From: Tubiluchus corallicola
Taxonomy: Eukaryota > Animalia > Priapulida
Reading direction: 5' to 3'
NCBI GenBank assembly: GCA_030141605.1
Contig: JAQGDQ010000059.1
Coordinates: 186,001-250,000 of the forward strand
Length of the DNA: 64,000 bases
Under the pieces are notes generated by a model. That model was not told where the DNA came from. It searched no databases and saw only the letters and a program-made list of their open reading frames with translations. Below, in pieces: positions 10,601-21,873 of this stretch; position 1 is the stretch's first letter, and the number at the start of each line of letters is the position of its first letter. The position numbers and the translations under genes are program-made.

Positions 10601-12857
10601 CAATAAGACAAACAGCCAATGGTTCTCTTGAATAGTGATTTATTTTAAATTCAAGGCATGCAATGGTGATCAGATTAATTTTTTTACAAACACAATACCG
10701 AATGCAAGCATTCACAATTCATACTATACAAATGTTTAAGCACAAAATTCAGAAATCTCTGCAATTTATTAGAATAAAGTTTTTTACTTTTTCAAGTTAA
10801 CACATTTAGCAAAAAAATAAAGTCAAAACACATACCTCTATTCCCATGAGGCCAGACACAATAGGTGGGCCAAGATCTCCTATTATGACAAAGAATGCTA
10901 TACCAGTTCCTATTAGGAATCCAATCATACTGTAATGTAAAATATAACATACCTTAGATAGCATAAAATTTAAAATACATACTCGTAGTTGCTAGTTGAT
11001 TTCGTAAAGGAAAGATTAGGGAATTCTGAGGTGCAGCCAAAAAAATCGGCTGAAAGTTACCATTCTCTCTACATAATTTTACTGTAAAAAGAGCTCATGT
11101 ATCAAGTAGCACTATATAAAACTTGACAATTTAAACTAACGGCAGCTCATCTATTACAGAGCTGAAGCAAGATCTATTGATATTTTCATTTTCTGAAACA
11201 ATAGGTAAAGCACTAGCTGTATGCAAAACACTTGCTTGATGAAAACAAAGTGCATTGAAGTAATAATTATTTTTCTGGGATGACGAGTCATTGATGACAT
11301 TATGACTGGCTGTTTTTGGTCGTTGGCATGTATTGTTTAAATTACCAAGAATGTTTCTATTCTATAAACCCGAGCTTTTCAAGCAAGTTAGAGTGCTACT
11401 ACATTATTTAATTTTACCAGTATTTTTTTAAATGTACTTAAAAATTTATGGAACCTCCCTTTCAAGATAAAATCTTACAAACTATAAGTATCAAAAACAA
11501 ATAAATATCACATCTGAAAAAAGCGAAATGCTCATCAGAAAAAAAGATTAATTAATGATGTTCTGCCAATGTACATGGTTAATATATGAACTAAGCACAT
11601 TGTCAAAGATTTTAAGTTCTTCTCAAGACCACTGTTTTTCCAATTTAGCTAATTTTCTCATATGTGAACTTCTTTTAAACCATACCTTACCTACCAAAAA
11701 CAAACAAGATCTTCTTACCTTATTTCAACAGCAAGTTTTCCTACTAATCCAAAAGTGTGATAAGCTGCAACACAAGATATTACCATCTGATAATACTAAA
11801 AAACTTGTACAAAACTTCTGCATTTAATGATATATATATAGAACAATCGTATGTATTGGGACACAATGCCTATGTACATATACAGGTAGATAGATAAAAT
11901 TTTAATGTACCTTATAAAGCGCACATACCTAAGAATTCATAATTTCTCCTCTTGGCAATCATCGAAGAACGTAGAAGCAAGTGACATGTTGCACGAGTAA
12001 ACAGGTTACTAAGCACGACAAGCAGCACTCCTAGAAATATTCCGCACTGAAAAAATCAAACCAAGGTACAGCATTTTAATTTTGATCGAAACATAGCCGA
12101 TTTCTGATTTATAATTAATTGTGATAATACACAAAACTTGAGTGACTACAACAAGCCAAGGAAAACAGGGTAAATGAAAATGTCACGAAGCAATTGTTCA
12201 TTAAGACATATTTTTGAAAACAAAAAGATAAGTACATGATTTAACGTCCAAAAGCTCTTCGAACTTTCATCTCTTAATAAATGTGATTTAAACAAGAACC
12301 ACCATTTTCTTGTTTCAAAATTTAGTATGTTACACATTTACATATCAGTGAACAAGTGATTAAATGTGTTACATTTTAGATTTACGGAAACAAATATAGA
12401 CAGTAATGGTTTCATACCACAAAAAATAAATCTAGAGAAATGGAAGCACTGTAAAAATATGTAACTTAAAGACAGGTTCTCTGAGGTGTTAACTTACTTA
12501 GAGCTGTACTACAAAATTTGCAAAAAAAGTTAAATTGGTACTGTTATGACCAGTGACCGACTAAACTGTTAATTGCATTTCCGATCTGAAATAAAAATTA
12601 CCATCAAACCACTACATTAATTTGGAATCTATGAGACAGGCCTATGTGTGATTTTTAGACAGGATTTTACAGCTAAGCTAATTTGTCAATGCAATATCAG
12701 AATATTCACATTATTTATGCCTCGTAAAAAACATTACGAATTACAATACTAAACTAAGTAATACCTGTTTAAAGCAGTATGGCATAGCAAGTATGCTCAC
12801 TCCAATAATGCTATTTCCGAGGTTTATAACATGAGGCATATCCGTAAGGACAACCAT
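244..12857 (-). CDS. SLC38A10: SLC38A10 (SNAT10)-like putative sodium-coupled neutral amino acid transporter, 14 coding exons, about 1000 aa
   Basis: Exons (minus): 12857-12765, 12046-11929, 11764-11719, 10929-10836, 10586-10446, 6782-6661, 5563-5461, 5064-4882, 4188-4074, 3651-3533, 2888-2642, 2513-2430, 2026-1932, 1686-244. All introns are GT-AG, phases are consistent and the total is 3003 nt. Peptides NSIIGVSILAMPYCFKQCG, FFVIIGDLG, VGVFGYIAF and ETILGLTGSTMG match the SLC38A10 Aa_trans domain as recalled, and the long hydrophilic C-terminus is typical of the A10 subfamily. Confidence 0.93.
1932..2026 (-). CDS. SLC38A10: SLC38A10 coding exon 13
   Basis: EESPLEEKAKRQEPVIPEAPIDNAEAGPILDK; acceptor is a tandem AAG-AAG, so the start may be 2023. 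Confidence 0.78.
2430..2513 (-). CDS. SLC38A10: SLC38A10 coding exon 12
   Basis: GDDVIKDSEENGKKDDDDDKIKEEKPPD; 84 nt symmetric phase-1 exon. Confidence 0.78.
2642..2888 (-). CDS. SLC38A10: SLC38A10 coding exon 11 (last TM helix and start of tail)
   Basis: IVLLLGIAVLILSTYINLQA...KKADDDKHMD. Confidence 0.87.
3533..3651 (-). CDS. SLC38A10: SLC38A10 coding exon 10
   Basis: VETILGLTGSTMGNVINYIIPALIFISLVPKQTNEKSLAQ. Confidence 0.9.
4074..4188 (-). CDS. SLC38A10: SLC38A10 coding exon 9
   Basis: AISHDHMVAKAVLPDKRFKAITITIVTICLAVGILIPK. Confidence 0.88.
4882..5064 (-). CDS. SLC38A10: SLC38A10 coding exon 8
   Basis: VGVFGYIAFCITGPSGNILLNL...FPLIVFPMRESINTLLYKK. Confidence 0.9.
5461..5563 (-). CDS. 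SLC38A10: SLC38A10 coding exon 7
   Basis: QLFVLYDHMGDPNPKRMNSIVGSAVNLCSLVYIT; GTAAGT donor. Confidence 0.9.
5878..6172. mobile_element. Non-autonomous Tc1/mariner (pogo/Tigger-like) MITE in SLC38A10 intron 6
   Basis: Perfect 11-bp TIRs CAGTGTTCCCT...AGGGAACACTG flanked by TA on both sides. Confidence 0.8.
6661..6782 (-). CDS. SLC38A10: SLC38A10 coding exon 6
   Basis: IIFESLPMVTTKQWMLYADFWRPAGVLQCLPIIAMSLSCQ; GTAAGT donor. Confidence 0.9.
10446..10586 (-). CDS. SLC38A10: SLC38A10 coding exon 5
   Basis: NDDFLRSFLMIFLGLVVILPLCMLRDLGSLSSFNAMSMLFYVIFVLK (within ORF 10440..10715). Confidence 0.9.
10836..10929 (-). CDS. SLC38A10: SLC38A10 coding exon 4
   Basis: MIGFLIGTGIAFFVIIGDLGPPIVSGLMGIE; GTATGT donor. 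Confidence 0.9.
11719..11764 (-). CDS. SLC38A10: SLC38A10 coding exon 3
   Basis: AYHTFGLVGKLAVEI; 46 nt; CAG acceptor and GTAAGA donor. Confidence 0.88.
11929..12046 (-). CDS. SLC38A10: SLC38A10 coding exon 2
   Basis: CGIFLGVLLVVLSNLFTRATCHLLLRSSMIAKRRNYEFL; AG/GT bounded. Confidence 0.9.
12765..12857 (-). CDS. SLC38A10: SLC38A10 coding exon 1
   Basis: ATG at 12857; MVVLTDMPHVINLGNSIIGVSILAMPYCFKQ; donor CAG|GTATT. Confidence 0.9.
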
Positions 12858-12962
12858 TGTAAATTATTAAGTTTTATAAGATACTCTCCAGAAGAAACTT
12901 TGCTTGTTCTGCAGATTCAGGTATCATTTAAGCCCAAAAGGTTGAACAGCTTCAAATCAAAC

Positions 12963-13062
12963 CTATCATTATCAAATTTATTAAAAACATAATATGAATG
13001 AGTAAATAAACTGGGAATAGATTCAAATGTCAGTTCATTTGCCAAGTATGACGGTTACTTAC
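12963..13062 (-). other. Probable 5' UTR intron of SLC38A10
   Basis: Strong donor G|GTAAGT at 13062 and AG at 12964-12963, just upstream of the ATG. Confidence 0.45.
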
Positions 13063-13464
13063 CGATTATAGGCGCAAATATTTATGACTACAAAACAAAA
13101 GATTTTGTTCAACATAGTTTGTTTACATGTAATAATAAGTGTTAATTATAACTGCATAATTTTCACGTTTCTACTGCACAGTGACACAAAAAAAGAAATT
13201 TTACAAGACAAGTATTATAAGACCAAAGAAACTGAAAGTGCTAAATAGTGTTTCCATCGGGTATCCGAGTAATTACCTACATAGTTTATCACCCGAGCTT
13301 AATAGTTTTCTACCAGGTTCCAACAATGAAAATGCTAACATTATTAAATTTTGTAATACAATATCCATACTTTGAGAATTTAAACTTTAAATGCCACCTT
13401 CTGCTAGTTTCGCAATTTACTGCTTGTGTGTTCAGGTTCCCAGGTGTAATAAATGAATGCTAGT

Positions 13465-13540
13465 TGTTTATATAATGGTGCAGTTGGTTAGAATCTGATT
13501 AGACTGTTTATATAATGGCACAGTTAGTTAGAATCTGTTT
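13465..13540 (+). repeat. 40-bp tandem duplication
   Basis: TGTTTATATAATGG..CAGTT.GTTAGAATCTG at 13465 and 13505. Confidence 0.85.
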
Positions 13541-16500
13541 TAATCTATGACCTCAGTTCTATGCCTAAAGCTGAGATAGTGGCAATACATCTACCACGGC
13601 GGTGGACAAAACCAGTAAATTCAATCAAATTTCAGCAGTGCACTGATGTGCGCCTTTCGGTAAACCACATGACTGAGTGAAAGCGCAATTTATTTGTGTA
13701 TTTCTGTGTTAGATTTTGATTAGTGCAGACGTGTGACAATGTTCCACTGTTGGAATCGAAATAACGCAATAAGTATCAGGTTGTTAGCGAGATAATTGGA
13801 GTCGAGTTTACTTGTAAATGACATAAAATCTCTAAAACATTTATTTTTGCGGCTGAGAGTTTGCCTCTGTTATAAATAAACAATTATTATAATTAATTCA
13901 TTGTTATAAGATGTAACAGTTTCAATGTGTGTGTTTACTGGCACTTTGCGCCTAACACGAGGGCAACCATACCCGGCATACCAGACAGGTATAAGGTAAA
14001 GGGTATCTGAGTCTAATTTCTGCTATCCATGCAAACACTAGAGCTAAAGCATAGGACTTTTTGAAAGTAAACAAGATCACTGTGCTGGCACACCTTTCAC
14101 GATTATGTGAATGTTATCACAAGTCAGATAGCCGTAAATGATACATTGATTATTTTTCACAGAATTCTAAAAGTCTGGCAAATGGATCTATCATGTCCTA
14201 CAAAAATCTGTCATTCAAAATCTTTTGAGGTATACAGTACAACAATGTGTCAATGTGTAACTTATAATAAGCATCACATATAAGTAAATATCATTGTTGA
14301 ACAATTATTGGTAATTTATTGAAATGCAGATGGTAAACTATTTTTGTTGCAGTCTGTTCGTCAGTGAAGCACAGTTCATCTTAAAGCAATTATACACAGG
14401 TATTTGATAGCTGTAAAGAACCTTTGTAAACAATGCATGGGAAAATCAGTTTTAAAGCTGATATAGATTGATTCAAGCAATTTAGTTACCCTAATATCAA
14501 TGAAGTGTCCCAAGCGACGAGCGTTAAGTGATAAAGAGAAAGATAAAAAGTAACTAAATCCTCCTGTCAGCTTAATTTAAAGAAGTCTTATCATATATAG
14601 CATTTACAAGAGTTTTCATGTTCCCCTTCAGCATGTACCAGTAGCCTATTTATTCAAAGTTTAATTATCAGAGATGTGAACAATAGCTCTGAAGTAGTGT
14701 GATCATTAACCTATGCGGAAGGTTGTGAATTCAACTCTGTAGCTGAGTCATACAACAGACTACACACTACACCATCAAAAATGGCACCATCAAAACTAAC
14801 ATGCCAGTATGAAAAGTTCTCGAGTTTATGTTAATTGTTTACCGGTCTTATTTACCCGAGTTAATTATCAACTCCAAATAACTTTACAGTACTGGTATTT
14901 TCAATATATTACCAGAAATAACCAGGGAAATATCTGGTTCAGATTTGGTAAAATCAGTACATAACACTTTAAATTTAGGGCCTATAAAATTCACACAGAT
15001 TAAATGCACTAATTTCATAGCTTATGTAGTTCTAATTAATAATGTAATGCATTGAACGATAATTGCAAATACCAGTAAGTGTCGTATCATCAACTTACTT
15101 GACATTGACAAAAGACAACATAATTTAACAACAAATGTTTTGGTAGAACTTTACTAAAATTAAATTTTCATTATTTGCGTTCCAGGATGAAAAACGCTGT
15201 GCCAACTGCCAGCCTCTTCAGTACTTTTAAGGGAGAGTGTTTAAGTACAAATTACACTCGCTCCTGCAACCTTTTTGCTAAATGGCGAAGCAGGTAAGCA
15301 AGTAAGTAAATAAGTAACTATTTTTTTATTTTTCTCCATATAATTAATTTAACAATAAAATATACAAAAATACAAATGAACATGGGAGAAAGGGTGGCAA
15401 AAAACCAAAGGTTCGCGAGTCAACCACCCTTCTCAGAAAAACAAGTAAACAAAAAGACGCTAATGACAGCAGAACACAACTATGAAAGATACATAAATGT
15501 CCATAAATACAAAAAACAAAAATACAACAACAGCAGAAAAACAAAAATCAAAAACCAGTCGTTCCTAAAGAAAATATAGTCAAACATTAAAGATAATTAT
15601 ATATGGTCCAAAACGCAAAATCAGATCAATGAGAATATTTTAATGTTCAGAAAAACAACATTTGCAAGATAAAATTTAACTTGAATCATACTTATCAGAT
15701 ATGCATAGCTAAACATTGTGAGATGAAGTTTAAATCAGTAACTTTAAGAGCAGTAATAGTTATCAACTGTTTGCTTTATGAAAGGTATAACATATATCTA
15801 TAAAGAGACTACGAATACACATTTTTGCAAACTATTTGCAAAGCATATCAAAATTGGACAGCAAGTGTAATTGCAGCAATGCAAATTGGACATTATGCAG
15901 GCAGTGCATAGCTGAACATGCAATCAATAAATTTAAGTACATTTGGTAAGGAGTTCTAATTCTAGACAAAAAATAAAGGCAACAGCAATCATAAAACAAT
16001 TTGGATTTATTAGATAGGCCTGAATGAAGTAGTGCACATAGAATAATCGAAGACAGTGGACAAACAACATTGGACTAACGGCTTATTGCTACAATAAAAA
16101 ATGAACACTGTGGAGACTTAATAAAAATACTTTTCATTATAATTTATTCACTTTCGTTGTAGCAAAGTTGTTCAATAAACATTAACATTTTAATATTAAC
16201 TTTATACAATGACATAAGTCCAAAACTAAATCGCATTTTACACTCAGAGTTCACAAACAGTACGGGGCATCTTCACCTAGCCTAGTTTAATGATTTAATT
16301 CCCTAACTGATTTTAGCGTTGCATTCGCGACATCAAGTAAGCATAAATTTTCAACAAAAAAAAGTACAAATGTATGCATATCTGTTTCAAAGTTCAATGT
16401 GCATTCAATTCATAGAAAATCCGGGAATTGTAGTGATATTGCTAACGATTATAGTCATGACCAGAATAATAATGAATGCTGATAAAATTAATTATGACAA

Positions 16501-16560
16501 TAATAATGTTGTGGTTTCTGATTTTCTCACACCCCTCTCTACTTGTATGGGCAAACTATT

Positions 16561-16612
16561 TTACTTCACCAACTCCACTTTACTTCACCCTCTCCACTTT
16601 ACTTCACCAACT
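16561..16612 (+). repeat. 19-bp minisatellite, about 3 copies
   Basis: TTACTTCACC(AA/CT)CTCCACT repeated. Confidence 0.85.
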
Positions 16613-17985
16613 TTCTTCAAAATGCTTTCCCTGTAATACAAACAATTATCACGTATCTGGATGTTTTCAACAAATTTTACCTCCTCTATTGAGCATCACC
16701 TATATTAATATTTTGCTCTAACCATTTCATAGTTGCTAATATTGAGTCTTAAATGCAAAATAATTTTAATGTCTACATGACAGTTTTTTTATAGAGAGAA
16801 GGTGATGACTCTGATAAGCATCATGAAGGATATAACCATGATATATGATGCTGTTGATAGTATGTGTATATGGATATGCATTTGTACATGTACATTATAT
16901 ATATTACCAATATGGCTCAATAAGTGTAAGCAAAAAACACGGAAAATTGTAATGACCAACTGCAAAAATAGTCATTGATATCATATTAACCAATAGTTGT
17001 CTAGCTCAATAGCAAACTGACTCTGTGTTTCTGACATAAAAGAATTTTAATAAGCCAAACTATTCATGCTGTTTTAAGAAAAATCAGCTGAAGTAACTGC
17101 TTGTTGTGTGCTACCTAAAGAGTAAAACAGAGTTTTTAAAAAATAGATGCAAAGCTGTATGTGAGGTGGAGAAACGTGGCATTAGAAGGAAGTTTAAGTT
17201 TCAAATAAAAAGCATGACAAATTTTTGGCTTTACGTGGTTTGATAATTAACCTGGCTTTAAATAAAGATTTTGAATTTAGACTTAATTGCAAAAGTTACT
17301 TGCAGAGTACACAAAGCCACAGTTGTTTTTTTTTTATTCAAAAATTGGTTTTTCATTAGAGCAGCTTGAGCTCCAACAGTACGATATGTTCTTGAACAAA
17401 ACTTGAATCTCCTTGTCAAAATATACTATATTTAAATTTCAATCGTCCAATCTGTGTCGTAGTGAATTGGGTATGAAGGCTGGACCCTAAACTGTACCGC
17501 AGCCAAGTGAAGTTGAAGTATTCCACATGCAATGACTCCAGATAATACTTAATTGACATCCACTGGAAAGACAAACTATTAAAATTTCAATGAATTTCAA
17601 TGTGATCAAGGAAAACCTGGAGGAAAGAAGGAACAATAATTAATTGAAGAGTATCTAAGCATTACATTCCATGCTTCTAACTCTGAAGATTTAGCCATCC
17701 AGTAATCACAACCAACTGGCAAGTCATTGTTCCTGACAGTGTAAGAAATTTGAGAATGAAAGGCCTGGAAAAGGATCGAAGCCCACAAAATTAATGTCAA
17801 CATCATGCAGCAATAACAGCTGCAAATTTTCAGCAGTTGTTTTAAGCAGTGCAGACCACTGATTGGCTTCATAATCTCAGGTGCATTATGAGAGAAGCGA
17901 TGACGGACAACTGCGTAGGCAAGATATAAGAAAAGTCGCTTCTCATTTACTGAAATTTAGCCAATGTTGGTCTTACTAGCCTAAA

Positions 17986-18315
17986 GGCATGTTTGGGCTA
18001 ATGAGGGCAGTTTGACAGCAAACTTGTAAGTGTGAACTGCTTTGCAAGTTACTGTTGGCAAGTTCTTGCAAACTCTCCCAATGTTGCTGCGAGTTGATTT
18101 CCTGCGCGCTGTTGTCTAGTGTGGACATCTTGGCGAGTTACTTAGCGAATTTGCTGCAGTATCCGAATCGGGAACTCAGTGCCAGTTCCCACTTACTGTG
18201 ACACCGGAGGGTAACTTGCCAGAAGTTTTGCTCTCTAGTCTAAACATGCTTGCGAGTTATTTAGTTGGCGAGTTTCTTGGCGAATTAACTTGGGGAGAAA
18301 AATGGCTAGTCTAAC
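17986..18315. mobile_element. Degenerate TIR element, possibly a PIF/Harbinger-type MITE, with internal TGGCGAGTT-like repeats
   Basis: GGCATGTTTGGGCTA at 17986 is an imperfect inverted copy of TAGTCTAAACATGCT ending at 18250; multiple GCAAGTT/GCGAGTT subrepeats. Confidence 0.5.
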
Positions 18316-18862
18316 TCTGAATGCGCCAGGCTATCGCAGAAAATACGTATAGGGAAATAAAATTATATCGAATTAAACTATAGCGAATCAAGCTTTCTGT
18401 TTGGGTTACAAATTACATCATTTCGTTAACATTTACACGTGCGATGTCGAAGTGAATGGTAATTTTTTTGAACGTCCTTCACGACCTGTGTTGTTTAATT
18501 CCTTTTTATTCATTTGTTTTAAGTTGCACTTTTTCGATAGAAGCAACTGTGACATTAATTTTTTGTTGACTTTTTAGGAATTAATTCACATTCGATCACC
18601 CTTGTACATACTTCATCGACTGAGTTTTCGTCTGTGGAATAAAGCCTAAAGGACATGAACCGACAGAGTAGAAATTATTATACAGTAGTAGTAACAAGAA
18701 TTATGATGACAACAAACATTATTTTTTGAGGAATTTGTCCAAAGGAAACTGAAATGGTATGACAGTTGACTTGAATTTATATTGTGAATGATGGCAACTT
18801 GAACTGTGCAGTACACCCTGAAATCATGTTAAATTATGGACAGTAACGATACTAATGTGTTC

Positions 18863-19648
18863 CAGCAATACACGACGTTAAGCGAAATGTCGTTAAACGA
18901 AACCAAAATTTCCATAGAAAGTAACGTAAAAGAATTGAGATAAATTCCAGAGGCAAATATCAATGCTTCTTAAATCATATAAATTAAACGTTTTATAAGT
19001 GTTATTCATATTTCTACAAGTTAATTTCTTTCTAATTGCCTGCAGCCACCAATCTCTCTTACCAATATTTAGCTAGATCAGCAACCAGTTTCTGTTTCCT
19101 TAACGTTGAAGTGTATATGTAGGCAGTTAGTGGTTAAATGTTGCATAGTGACAGTCAAGTCCTGGAGTGACCTTGAGACAATTTCATGTAACACTAATCT
19201 GGTTGTTACTGTAACAGGTATAATGCAGACAAAATTCCTTTCCATAAAATTTAAACTCGGATGTCTGAAGGTGTATAAATTGGCAAATAAATCTCGTTTA
19301 GTACAAATAGCAAATTAGCCCAAAATAGTAGCCCAATAGTACAAATAGCCCTTAGTACAGATAAATCTCGCTTAGGCTAGAATTTAGTACATAGTCAGTC
19401 GGGGACCAAAAACATAATAATTGCACTCTTTAGGTTACTAATTAATGTGTTTTTAGAACTGAATAATGCAATATGGACCATTGTAATGTTTCAAATTAGG
19501 TAAAAAAAGTTTTTCATAAAATAAAAATAGCTTCGAGCAAAGTAAAATGAAACGTGTGTCTTTAAGTGAGAAAAAAGGTGTCAAATAATCAATATCGTTA
19601 AAACGACATGTCGCTAAACGGCCAGTCATTACTTGAGGACTGATTGTA
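18863..19648. mobile_element. Degenerate pogo/Tigger-like non-autonomous DNA transposon
   Basis: Inverted repeat CGTTAAGCGAAATGTCGTTAAACGA (18876) versus TCGTTAAAACGACATGTCGCTAAACG (19595-19620); right end TGAGGACTGATTGTA. Confidence 0.6.
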
Positions 19649-20551
19649 TTTAATAGTACTATTTGCAGAGAAAAATTTATTTCCTGAGAAAAGTTATAGC
19701 AGTCGCGTATGTAAACCGTGACATCACTGGTACTTGCTTATTGAACGATAAGGGTGCAGTGCTTCTGACCAACATCTTCCCATAAAAACAAATGGAAATA
19801 CAAACTGTTTGATCTACAAAACAGATTTACTTTTACAAAATACAACTTTTGACATAATTAATGGGTTTTGTTGCATTTCTAATTGTACATTGGTAATGGG
19901 ATCCTAAAATAATAAAACTTCACACTGTGAATAGACGTAAAGCATATTTTAAACAAACATTAACCTTTTGAAACTTTGGAAAAAATGAGATGATCAAAAC
20001 TACGAAAATGTATCTGCTAATTCATTTTTTATTAGTGTGCCAGGCAATTAATAAGCCTTTTCATGGTTCCAGCAATTGATGATGATCGCGAAAAGGTAAA
20101 AGGTTAAGTGTACCAAACAACGCCTTTGTGTATATTTGACAACGCCTCGTAGTCCATGCTATTGTAATAGTAACAGTTTTAACATGTTTTAACAGCTAGC
20201 TAAAAGCTTACCTAGTTTATTTTTTTTGTTCCTAAACAAGATACTGCTAGTAAATCACTCAATGCGTGGACTAATGCATAATTAAGTAAAGTCCACGTAA
20301 GAAACAACTGAAGCTACTGAACTGACATGGCGGCCAGCTTTGGTTTACCCACCACACATCACATGACAGTTGTAGCTAAGGCACAAAGTGGGACACTTAG
20401 CCTTTGACCTGCATCAACTACACACAACGAAACTGTGAAAAGGGTTATTAGCTGTTATTTAGCTTGCTAATAGGTACCAATGTATCCTGCTTTGACGGTT
20501 TGAAATGCTTTGCGATTTACGTTAATTTGCAGTTTAAATAATAATAATTTA

Positions 20552-21385
20552 TACAGGTAGTCATCCTTTTATGACATATTCAACTTATGAATATTTGCTT
20601 CTATTTTTTAAACCAACTTACTTTAAATTGCTGTGTATTTAGATAAATTCATCCGTAGGCGCTGCCATACTTAATCCGGGTACACACACAACGTCTTACA
20701 TATATCCCACTTGAATATACTGGCCTGACTTGTGTTTAAGTCATGTTACGACAAATCAACCAGAACCGATTATGGCCTTTAATCAACGACTCTTGTATTA
20801 TAGTGAATATATAAGGTTTGCAAGTTCCCGTATGCATTTAAGGTAAATATCTTTTAGAGAATAAGTGTTTTTGCTTTGTGAATCGTTATTGCACCCAAAG
20901 ACTATACAAATTAGTATAGCTGCATCGTATGTATAATGAGCATAGTACAAGTGTAATGATTAGTGAGAGTACAGTGTGAGTGTATAAATACATTTAGATT
21001 TTGAGCAGAAATTGCGTTAAACTCTCTACAGTAGTCGCCGCCTAAGAAAACCGCAGATAATAAACCAGCCGCATTTTAGAATCGTTTACGCATAATCCTG
21101 AAATGCCTCCATAGAAACTAGAAAATTCGGTTTGTAAAACCTCTTTTTTCAGTAATAGGCGACAAAAACAGTGGCAAAATGAAAAAGCAAAATGCATGTT
21201 TGGTGAGCCGTTGTATAGGCATACGAGTGAACCATTTGATTGTCATATAGTATGAATTAGGGCAAAGTGTTTAGGTACTGTGCTTTGCCAAATATATATG
21301 CTTGCGATGAAACTCCACATAATAAAATCGCTGTTTATTAAGACCACTTTTTGCTGTTTCCGTTGTGGTTTTATTAAGCAGTTAT
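20552..21385. mobile_element. Two adjacent, highly decayed Tigger-like MITE remnants (about 20552-20797 and 21027-21385)
   Basis: Both begin TA-CAG(G)TAGTC and have weak inverted counterparts. Confidence 0.35.
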
Positions 21386-21788
21386 TATTTGTTTTGATAC
21401 CCGTGGTGCCAGTGTAGTTCACTGTGTCTGAGCATTTCTAGGTAACTTAAATGCAATATAAGGTGGTTATTATGAAACAATAATTGTAAACAAAAGAGTG
21501 ATAGAATCTAGCAGAATCTAGCCGCACATATCAGTTATGCTATCAGTTTTTGGCAGAAACGGGTGAGTGTTTAAGCTGTTCTGCCTATGTTGTAAATAGA
21601 TGCTTAGGTTTCTGAAGTAATCAAAGGTGGGATGGGCCTTAAGATATGTGTTCTGTCCTTAGATGTTAAGGTTTCATTCAGCATTTTTGCATAACTGAAA
21701 GAGTGTAAGGAGGTGATGGAAGTTTGTACCTTTATTAATGTTTTATTATCTGTCTTGATTAATTAATTGTCTTGATGCTTTGTTTCAG

Positions 21789-21873
21789 GCAAAATATCTT
21801 GCTCAGATAATTGTGGTTGGTGCGCAAGTAGTAGGCAGAGCATTTGCTAGAGCACTACAGCAGGAGATAAATG
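21789..21873 (+). CDS. PAM16: PAM16 coding exon (N-terminal helix)
   Basis: TTTCAG acceptor; [28 protein letters not shown]; GTATGT donor. Confidence 0.92.

Noticed and set aside
14008-14125. Second H/ACA-like candidate
   Set aside because: The first hairpin is weak and ACA is only about 7 nt from the upper stem
17606-17872. ORF with faint LINE C-terminal resemblance (TVRNNDLP)
   Set aside because: Too degenerate to support a call
20478-20492. AT|GTATCCTG resembling a U12-type donor that could create the PAM16 ATG
   Set aside because: Splicing to the AG at 21788 gives ATG CAA AAT..., which is out of frame with an early stop; it also deviates from the GTATCCTT consensus
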